From Candidatus Heimdallarchaeota archaeon (GTDB lineage: Archaea > Asgardarchaeota > Heimdallarchaeia > Heimdallarchaeales > Heimdallarchaeaceae), in assembly GCA_030668875.1 (NCBI GenBank), contig DAOVER010000020.1, positions 1 through 32,000 of the forward strand: DNA of 32,000 bases. The letters are read 5' to 3'. Below the pieces are notes generated by a model that saw only the letters and a list, made by a program, of their open reading frames with translations, searched no databases and had not been told where the DNA came from. This document shows positions 1-7,406 of this stretch, piece by piece. Each line of letters begins with the position of its first letter. Position 1 is the stretch's first letter. Both the position numbers and the translations under genes were made by a program.

Positions 1-108
1 ACTTTCCTATATAAACTCGTAGAAAAATGGAAGAAAATTGGAGAGGTATTAACCATCACCACCTCAACATGCAATGGGGGACAACTCAGAGACTTCTGGC
101 AAGATTGA
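1..108 (+). CDS. 3' end of a CDS running in from the left edge, function unknown
   Basis: Frame 1 is open from base 1 (TFLYKLVEKWKKIGEVLTITTSTCNGGQLRDFWQD) to TGA at 106-108. Too short to assign. Confidence 0.4.
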   Translation, partial: TFLYKLVEKWKKIGEVLTITTSTCNGGQLRDFWQD

Positions 109-461
109 ATAAGATTTTAATCATCTGTTGCTAACGGTCTCAATCTTTTTCACTAAGTAAAGCACACAATTCTTACTTTTACGTTTCGAAAATCAATTTT
201 TGTCTTTCTGCTTATCTTTTGACATGAATTAACACCTTTAATCACAGTGTTCAGTAGAACAGTAAATTAGAAAGACCTGTTCCAAACCGAAAAAAGAATT
301 CCAATCAACTTTCACACTTTATTTGGTTATTACCAAATGAACAATGCACAGCTTTATTCTCTATCAAGTCAGGCTTTTCATAATTGTGTCACTTTCAAAA
401 TCTGTGTTATTATCTGATGCAAGTAACTATAGTTAAAACTTCTTAAGATTTGTTGAAAAAT

Positions 462-492
462 GAAAAAAAGTGAGAGCATGAAACTCTCATGC
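462..492 (-). terminator. Hairpin plus oligo-T terminator downstream of the 515..1012 gene
   Basis: The minus strand reads GCATGAGAGTTTCATGCTCTCACTTTTTTTC. The TGAGAG/CTCTCA stem is directly followed by a T7 tract, about 25 nt past the stop codon. Confidence 0.45.
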
Positions 493-514
493 GATTATGT
501 CAATATTTGTCTTT

Positions 515-1012
515 TTAATTTGGTATCAGTAATGTTGCTTCGAAATAATTAACGATTACATTGCCATAGATTATACCATTAAGTTTCATGCCTTTGAAGT
601 CTTCAAAACCTTGTAGAGAATATTGGCCTGTAAGTTCCCCATTAATGACTCTAATGCTCTTTTTTCCATAAAAGTAGCCAGATAGTTCACCCCAGGTGAA
701 ATACATCCAGCTTTCTCCATTAACTATTACTTCTCCACATTGATCATCTTTTACGTGGAAAAGGGACTCAGTATAACCTGATATCTCCTCAGTTCCTATG
801 GTTCCTTCTAACCAATGAATATCATAGTAATCTTTTATGTGTACTATTCCATCTTCAATGTGGTCTATTGTATATTCAGGAGGTTGAGCTATCACTTCCA
901 TGGCATAGAACTCTAGTTTTTGTGCTGGCGCAGCATGGCTAAGTGTCGGTAATAGAAACGCACCAATTAATAAGGTTTAAGCAAAAACGATTGCTATTTT
1001 ACTTTTTCTCAT
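515..1012 (-). pseudogene. Secreted beta-rich hypothetical protein interrupted by an in-frame TAA in its signal peptide (pseudogene or sequencing error)
   Basis: GGTGA SD at 1017-1021, ATG at 1012, then MRKSKIAIVFA*TLLIGAFLLPTLSHA-APAQ, in frame with the 515..901 ORF of the track. The stop is at 977-979. Confidence 0.7.
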
Positions 1013-1249
1013 TTACTCACCTTTGTTTGTAACAACATTATTACAAATTATATGTACCATTACCGATACATATAACTCTTTTGCCTAATATGAACCCTGA
1101 AAGCACAAAATAACAAGAAATTCAGTAAAATATAATTCTGATCTCATTTTTTCAATAGAGAAATAACAGTCATCTAATAAGGTCCCTAGTATAAATCGTA
1201 ATGTAAGGCAAACAAATATCGATTTAAAGATTTCATTCGGTAAAATTGG

Positions 1250-1276
1250 TAGTAAGCCTTACTATTTATATTTAAA
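1250..1276. promoter_or_regulatory. Palindrome abutting a TATA-like element in the divergent intergenic region
   Basis: TAGTAAG-C-CTTACTA (1250-1264) is a perfect inverted repeat, immediately followed by TTTATATTTAAA (1265-1276), which is TATA-like on both strands. Confidence 0.4.
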
Positions 1277-1414
1277 GCCTCTCCCTTCTTGGATATGTCT
1301 CCTAACAAGAAGAAGACCTTCATAACAAGGTAAATTTTGAGTGCCTTTCCCTATTTTTATGAGAAAGTTAAAATGTTTGTTAAGATAATTGTATTATTGT
1401 ACTAGGTGATAATT

Positions 1415-3055
1415 ATGGGTAGAACAAAAGAATTGTATACTATTCTTCTTGCATTATTCTTGTTATATGCAATTACTACAACCTCATTTCAATCAAGTCT
1501 AACATTTTCATTTATAGACTCTAGTGATACAACTCATGAAATTATGGCAACTCCTGATTCTTATGAAGACGATAATGATTTTACTTCTGCAAAAAATATT
1601 TCATTAAATTCTCTTCAAGAAAGAAGTATTTCAACAATTGATGATGTTGATTATGTTATGTTTACTCTAGACAGTTTCTATAGTATAGAAATTGAAACAA
1701 CAGGTACTTCATACGATACAAGGTTATGGGTTTTTGATTACAAACATAATCAAATAGCCTTTGATGATGATGGGGGGACTAATAAATTTTCAAAACTCTC
1801 TTTTGATATCTTCAAAGCAGGTCATTATTTTATCAAAATTGATGAATTTGGAAACGATGATGAAATAGAAAATTATAATCTAACTTTGTCTGCAACACTT
1901 ATTGTTGATCCTTACGTTGATGATACACCATATGATAGCTATTTTATAATTCTCAATTATAATTATGAAAGAAGTTTGTACCCAGTTGGAGATCATGATT
2001 ATTTTACTTTTACAATTTTCATTGAGTATAACATCACTTTAGAAACTACTGGAACAAGTGGCGATACGGTAATGTCTCTATTTACTGATCCTGAAGACGA
2101 AGTGACTTCAGAGATTGCTTATAACGATGATGGAGGTGTTGATCAATTTTCTAAGATTATTCTAACCAATTTACCTCCGGGTGTTTATTACATAAAAATA
2201 TGGAAATTCCAAGACAATGACGTAGTACTTAATTACACATTACACACTACGGGAACAAGTGACTATGGTGTTGATTTAGAAGGTCCAGAGGTGAACGTAT
2301 TTGCTCCCTTCCCTTCCACATCCAGTTCCTCAGAAATTATCTTAACTGCCTCTGCTACAGATCCTTCTGGTATTGATTCAGTTCAGGTACACTATAAGCT
2401 CAATGATGCTTCTTGGAAAACTATTGACATGATTAACGATATGGTTGTATATTATGGGATATGCATAGGACCACTTGAAGTGGGAGATAATTATACTTAT
2501 TATGTTACAGCTTATGACAATTCAGCAGCTAATTTCTTGACAACAGAGGATAACTCTGGTCTTTACTATAATTTCATCGTAAGTTCTAAGGACATCTCTG
2601 ATCCGTTGGAAAAAGATGATTCTCTTAACTATGCTCGAAGTATCGATATTAATTCAACAATTGAGAGAAGAATTTTTCCAGTTGGTGAAGTAGATTATTG
2701 TACTTTTAATTTAGCAGAGGAGTACAACATTGTTATAGAAACTTCTGGGACAAGTGGTGATACTGTGCTATTTCTATATGATGAAAATCTTACTCTTATA
2801 GCTGTAAATGATAATAGTGGAGTGGATTCATTTTCAAAAATAATATTAACTCTAGAATCAGGTAATTACACTATTAGAATTGTGGAAAATGGAGACGATG
2901 ATGTTATCAACCATTATTCAATATCTTTGACTGTTTATGAAATCCCTGAAATCCACGAGTTTACTATACAATTGTCACTCTCTTTAATCTTGATTGTTAT
3001 TATTTCAACCTTCTTCATATTAAAGAATGATTGGAAAAGAAAAATGAAAAAATAG
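1415..3055 (+). CDS. Membrane-anchored surface protein with three PPC (pre-peptidase C-terminal)-like repeats and one Ig-like domain
   Basis: The GTG start in the track overlaps a GGTGA SD (1405-1409), so the ATG at 1415 is preferred. It has an N-terminal hydrophobic signal, three repeats of D(x)DY..F.....I.IET(T/S)GTS.DT.L.(L/V)(F/Y)D.....IA.(N/D)D..G...FSK, and a C-terminal IPE..EF motif followed by a TM helix and a basic tail. Confidence 0.85.
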   Translation: MGRTKELYTILLALFLLYAITTTSFQSSLTFSFIDSSDTTHEIMATPDSYEDDNDFTSAKNISLNSLQERSISTIDDVDYVMFTLDSFYSIEIETTGTSYDTRLWVFDYKHNQIAFDDDGGTNKFSKLSFDIFKAGHYFIKIDEFGNDDEIENYNLTLSATLIVDPYVDDTPYDSYFIILNYNYERSLYPVGDHDYFTFTIFIEYNITLETTGTSGDTVMSLFTDPEDEVTSEIAYNDDGGVDQFSKIILTNLPPGVYYIKIWKFQDNDVVLNYTLHTTGTSDYGVDLEGPEVNVFAPFPSTSSSSEIILTASATDPSGIDSVQVHYKLNDASWKTIDMINDMVVYYGICIGPLEVGDNYTYYVTAYDNSAANFLTTEDNSGLYYNFIVSSKDISDPLEKDDSLNYARSIDINSTIERRIFPVGEVDYCTFNLAEEYNIVIETSGTSGDTVLFLYDENLTLIAVNDNSGVDSFSKIILTLESGNYTIRIVENGDDDVINHYSISLTVYEIPEIHEFTIQLSLSLILIVIISTFFILKNDWKRKMKK

Positions 3056-3065
3056 AAGGAAGAAT

Positions 3066-4616
3066 TTAGAATCTTTTCTTCTTCCATTTTTTATTTACCA
3101 AAGTTAGAACTACTAGTATTGAAAATACTCCAAGTAATCCCATCATTCCATCAAATAAGAAAGAGGATTCAGTTACTTCTTCGATAGCATAAAAGAAGAA
3201 TGTTTGGTTATTATTTAGTTCTACAACCTCATCAATTTGGTTTTCAGTATCTAATATAACAGAACAAGCGTATGTTCCATAATCTGGTGCAGTCCATGAA
3301 AATGTATAATTGTATATTTCACCAACATTCAAAGCTGGAACGGTTATATCCCGATGAGTATTGTTAAAGGTTTCAATCCTTGCGCTTGTTTCTTCAGTGA
3401 TATCAACTTCTCCAACATTTGCAATTGTGATGGTAATATCTTTTGTCTCACTTTTATTAAAATCATAATTGATAGGTAGACTTTCTACTCGTAAATCAGG
3501 TTTGGATACTTTGTTTATGTAAAACTTATCAATCGCAGTGTAATCTCCTCGAAATGCATGAAAAGCTAATTGATTTTCATAAGTCTCAATATATGTGGCA
3601 TGATAAACTGATTCAGCGATAATTGATTCGTTAATGGAATATGCAGGAATAAGAGAATATAATGGCGCTCCTGATGACCCAGCTACTATATACGTAACAT
3701 TATTGCTTTCTAATCTCTCATACCAATGATCATGGCCAGCGATAACCATGTCAACACCATATTCTTCATAAATTGGCACCAAAGTAGTATGAAGATCCTC
3801 GTAATCTCCATTATAATATCTTATAGAGGATGAGTAAGGAGGCCTATGCTGTACAACAATCTTCCAGGGGTAGTCACTGTGAGCTTCTAAATCAGCTCTC
3901 AACCAGTCTGCTTGTTCATCAAGAGATCCACCATAATCCTCAACACAAGTGTGAAGTCCAACAAAGTGAACAGGCCCATAGTTGAATGAATAGAATTCTT
4001 CTCTTCCAGGAAGTGCAAATACCTTATAGAAATTCGAATGATTTTTTTCATGATTACCAAGAACTGGCATAAATGGATTATTCTGAATTGCTGGTCCAAA
4101 ATCACTTAACCATCTATACCATTGTATGGTTTCTCTCCCTGCTTCAACCATATCTCCATCAAAAACTGAGAAATCATAATTTATATTACTGACTGCTTCA
4201 ACAATTTTCTTTCTTTCATCTCTCTGTGTTCTAGAATCACCCCATGCCACAAACTGAGCACTTTCGCTGCTGCCAGTTTTGAAAACTAATTCTCTACTCC
4301 AAGTAACCCCATCACCCACTCTATACTTATAAATAGTATTGGATGTTAAATCTGTGAGTTCTACTACATGCCATAATGCAGTTTCTCCAGTCTCTTCATT
4401 TTCTAGTACATCTTGAATTCCATATTGAACAATGGAAGCTGTTTCTTCAGATGTTTTCCATGAAATAGTCATGGTTGTAAGAGTATCATTTTGCCATGAT
4501 AGATGAATATAAGCAGGTGGTATGTCATTTGCGTAGATGCTATTTATACCTCCTAATAATGGAGATATGATTAAAATAAGCGAGAAAAAGAACAATTGTA
4601 CCTTTTTAAGTTTCAT
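3066..4616 (-). CDS. Purple-acid-phosphatase-like metallophosphoesterase with FN3-like N-domain, CARDB-like domain and C-terminal membrane anchor
   Basis: Calcineurin-like motifs GDSR, GDMV, GNHE, QHRPPY and GHDHWYER. Also a signal peptide, PDLRV...N.G...D..N.IDEVVELNN (CARDB-like), and a TM helix followed by KKWKKKRF. Confidence 0.88.
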   Translation of the reverse strand: MKLKKVQLFFFSLILIISPLLGGINSIYANDIPPAYIHLSWQNDTLTTMTISWKTSEETASIVQYGIQDVLENEETGETALWHVVELTDLTSNTIYKYRVGDGVTWSRELVFKTGSSESAQFVAWGDSRTQRDERKKIVEAVSNINYDFSVFDGDMVEAGRETIQWYRWLSDFGPAIQNNPFMPVLGNHEKNHSNFYKVFALPGREEFYSFNYGPVHFVGLHTCVEDYGGSLDEQADWLRADLEAHSDYPWKIVVQHRPPYSSSIRYYNGDYEDLHTTLVPIYEEYGVDMVIAGHDHWYERLESNNVTYIVAGSSGAPLYSLIPAYSINESIIAESVYHATYIETYENQLAFHAFRGDYTAIDKFYINKVSKPDLRVESLPINYDFNKSETKDITITIANVGEVDITEETSARIETFNNTHRDITVPALNVGEIYNYTFSWTAPDYGTYACSVILDTENQIDEVVELNNNQTFFFYAIEEVTESSFLFDGMMGLLGVFSILVVLTLVNKKWKKKRF

Positions 4617-4741
4617 AATGGGACAATTGGCAATTTCATTTTAAATGTTATGTAGAATTTAAAGGAAAAATGAAGAGCTCAACTATCTTAACAAAAATTG
4701 TTGATATATAAAAGAATAGATAAAGGGAGAAAAGTTGATTA

Positions 4742-4906
4742 TTATTGCTCTCCAGCCATTTTAGCAGCTGCAAGTTTTCTTCTTATTCTTCTGCTTGAAA
4801 TAGATTGATTAATTGCTTTTATTCCCCAGAAAATAAGTCCAAAGACGAGAGTGAAAAATATTATTGAGAGGAAAACGCTAATGATAGAAGGAATAAATGT
4901 AACCAT
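4742..4906 (-). CDS. Small single-pass membrane protein, 54 aa (below the ORF-track cutoff)
   Basis: AGGTG SD at 4916-4920, ATG at 4906, MVTFIPSIISVFLSIIFFTLVFGLIFWGIKAINQSISSRRIRRKLAAAKMAGEQ, TAA at 4742-4744, followed by a T-rich tract. Confidence 0.7.
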   Translation of the reverse strand: MVTFIPSIISVFLSIIFFTLVFGLIFWGIKAINQSISSRRIRRKLAAAKMAGEQ

Positions 4907-4972
4907 TTTTTGTAACACCTACATCAAGAATTTATCACACATTTTTAAACTTTAGGTTTGATATTTAAAGCA

Positions 4973-5722
4973 CTAATCTCTCTCCAATATCATTTCACTA
5001 TCGTCTATGTGTAATTGCAAGCTATCCTCTTCTTTTTCTAGATGAAGCTTTCCTGAACTATTAATTCCTCGACAGAAATATTGATTGCCGTTTTTCAATT
5101 TGATTTCCTTATCAAAATAATTCAATCTGCTATTAAATAAATCAATGATGTTAGAAAAGCTGTTATTGGATATTTCTACAGCAAATCTGAGAAGAGTATC
5201 AGATAATTTAGAGATAAATTTGTCTATGGTTAGATTTTGCTTATTTTCCAATTGAAGACTAATTGAGTTGTTTTTGCATTCCTTTGCAATATCGTCTATT
5301 TTGGAAAATAGATTTACCCCGATCCCTATTAAAAGAAACAATTTATCTCCAGAAAGGTATTCAATAAGAATACCCCCAAGTTTTTTATTACGAAAATATA
5401 TGTCATTTGGCCATTTGGTTTTAATCTCTAATCTGGTCTCTATTTCCAATACTTGTTGTACTGCAACTGCTGCTGCATAATGCATGAACAGAATCTGTTG
5501 TTCCGTTGCCTGTTTTTCTAAAGGTAAAGCATATGTTCCATAGAACCCACCTTTTGGTGATGACCATGTATTCTCTCCTCGACCTTTGCCTGATTTTTGT
5601 TCATCAGCAACTACTAGAAAAGGCTGTTCCAATCCTTCTTTAACGAATAACAAAGCTTTGTCCATTGTTGAATTTAAAATAGGATAATGTATGATGTTTT
5701 TTATTTGAGTTATTGACACCAT
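4973..5722 (-). CDS. birA: Biotin--[acetyl-CoA carboxylase] ligase, no N-terminal HTH
   Basis: Motifs Q.SGKGRGENTWSSP, KWPND, KLGGILIE and GIGVN. Confidence 0.95.
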   Translation of the reverse strand: MVSITQIKNIIHYPILNSTMDKALLFVKEGLEQPFLVVADEQKSGKGRGENTWSSPKGGFYGTYALPLEKQATEQQILFMHYAAAVAVQQVLEIETRLEIKTKWPNDIYFRNKKLGGILIEYLSGDKLFLLIGIGVNLFSKIDDIAKECKNNSISLQLENKQNLTIDKFISKLSDTLLRFAVEISNNSFSNIIDLFNSRLNYFDKEIKLKNGNQYFCRGINSSGKLHLEKEEDSLQLHIDDSEMILERD

Positions 5723-5818
5723 TAACCGGCAGAATTAGAGGTTGGTTAAAAAACTTCCTTCCTTATATTCTCATAAAAGAAGATGGTTTTTTTATTTGAG
5801 TGAATACAATGAACTTTA

Positions 5819-7396
5819 ATGTATCAGAAACCTAAGAATATTAATTACAAAAGTAATGATAAGAAGTTTTCCAAGCTCAATGAATTACGTGAAAAAAGTC
5901 AAGAGGGCGGAGGACAAAAACGAGTAAAGAATCAACATCAAAAAGGCAAGTTAACTGCAAGAGAAAGAATAGAGTTGCTTGTCGATGAAGGTTCCTTTGT
6001 CGAAATCGATTCTTTCGTTACTCATCAAAATACTAAGTTCGAAATGTCCAAAACAAAACCATTGGGTGATGGCGTTGTTTCAGGATTTGCTACAGTCCAT
6101 GGACGTCCTATATATCTATACAGTCAAGATTTTACTGTTTTCGGAGGTAGTTTGGGTAAAGCACAAGCTAACAAGATATGTAAGATAATGGATCTTGCAA
6201 TTAAAACTGGAAACCCAATTATAGGTTTGTTAGATTCCGGTGGAGCAAGGATTCAAGAGGGAGTAGATTCCTTAGCAGGTTATGGAGACATTTTTTATCG
6301 TAACACTCAAGCATCAGGAGTCATTCCCCAAATATCAGTAATCTTGGGACCATGTGCGGGAGGGGCAGTTTATTCTCCAGCATTAACAGATTTCATTATA
6401 ATGAATAAAACCAATTCCTTCATGTTTGTGACTGGTCCTGAAGTAGTTAAAGAGGTAACAGGGGAGGAAGTATCATTTTATGATCTGGGAGGAAGTGAAA
6501 TTCATGGTCGTAAAACAGGTGTGAGTCATCTTGCAGGAGACAATGAAGAAGCTACATTAGAATTAACCAAGAAACTTCTTTCATATTTACCAGCTAACAA
6601 TCTAGATGACCCACCCTCAATTAATGTTGATCTAAAAGAATTAGAAGAGGTAAATTTGTCCAGTTATATTCCAGGGGAAGAGAATGAACCCTATAATATG
6701 AAATCTATCATAGACAAAGTCGTTGATCCTAATAGTTTTTTTGAGCTTTCACCAGAATGGTCTAAGAATATCATTATAGGTTTTGCACGATTTAATGGAA
6801 GTACAACAGGGATTATTGCAAACCAACCATTATTTCTAGGTGGAGCTATTGATTTTAATGCAGCGGATAAAGCTTCAAGATTCATAAGATTCTGTGATTC
6901 CTTTAACATTCCTATTATAACTTTTGTTGATGTTCCTGGTTTCCTTCCAGGAATTAAACAAGAACATGAAGGGATAATTAGGCACGGAGCTAAATTGCTT
7001 TATGCTTATTCTGAAGCAACTGTTCCTAAAATATCCATTATAGTAAGAAAAGCTTACGGTGGAGCATATATCGTAATGGGCTCCAAACATTTGGGAACAG
7101 ATATCAATTTAGCTTGGCCAACAGCTGAAATAGCTGTGATGGGTGCAGAAGCTGCATGTAGAATCATCTACCGTTCGAAGCTTAAAACTGTAGAAAATCC
7201 AGCTGAAACATTAAAGAAATTTACAAAAGATTTCAAGGAAGAATTTGCCAATCCATATCAAGCAGCAGAATTAGGGTATATCGATAGAGTGATTCTACCA
7301 GAAGAAACGAGGAAGGAAATTGTAAACGCTCTAAGCTTACTACATAACAAGAGAGAACAGACTCCAAAAAGAAAACATGGAATCCCTCCAGTTTGA
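5819..7396 (+). CDS. pccB: Acyl-CoA carboxylase carboxyltransferase subunit (PccB-type fused CT)
   Basis: Motifs GKLTARERI, GGARIQEG, GPCAGGAVY, DVPGFLPG..QE..GIIRHGAK, RKAYGGAY and KHG..P at the C-terminus. Confidence 0.95.
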   Translation: MYQKPKNINYKSNDKKFSKLNELREKSQEGGGQKRVKNQHQKGKLTARERIELLVDEGSFVEIDSFVTHQNTKFEMSKTKPLGDGVVSGFATVHGRPIYLYSQDFTVFGGSLGKAQANKICKIMDLAIKTGNPIIGLLDSGGARIQEGVDSLAGYGDIFYRNTQASGVIPQISVILGPCAGGAVYSPALTDFIIMNKTNSFMFVTGPEVVKEVTGEEVSFYDLGGSEIHGRKTGVSHLAGDNEEATLELTKKLLSYLPANNLDDPPSINVDLKELEEVNLSSYIPGEENEPYNMKSIIDKVVDPNSFFELSPEWSKNIIIGFARFNGSTTGIIANQPLFLGGAIDFNAADKASRFIRFCDSFNIPIITFVDVPGFLPGIKQEHEGIIRHGAKLLYAYSEATVPKISIIVRKAYGGAYIVMGSKHLGTDINLAWPTAEIAVMGAEAACRIIYRSKLKTVENPAETLKKFTKDFKEEFANPYQAAELGYIDRVILPEETRKEIVNALSLLHNKREQTPKRKHGIPPV

Positions 7397-7406
7397 AGGT
7401 GATAAA

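Noticed and set aside
977-979. TAA read-through as evidence of an alternative genetic code
   Set aside because: TAA is the normal stop of several intact genes here (hydrolase, accB, tldD, pmbA, feoB, nreA).
5798-5835. GAGTGA followed by ATG 5809 encoding an 8-aa peptide overlapping the carboxyltransferase start
   Set aside because: It is too short and the SD is too weak to distinguish a regulatory uORF or frameshift from chance.
7377-7406. N-terminal extensions given by the ORF track (also 1406, 26212 and 30332)
   Set aside because: Each extension overlaps the upstream gene or the SD itself. Downstream ATGs at 7407, 1415, 26119 and 30299 have properly spaced SDs.
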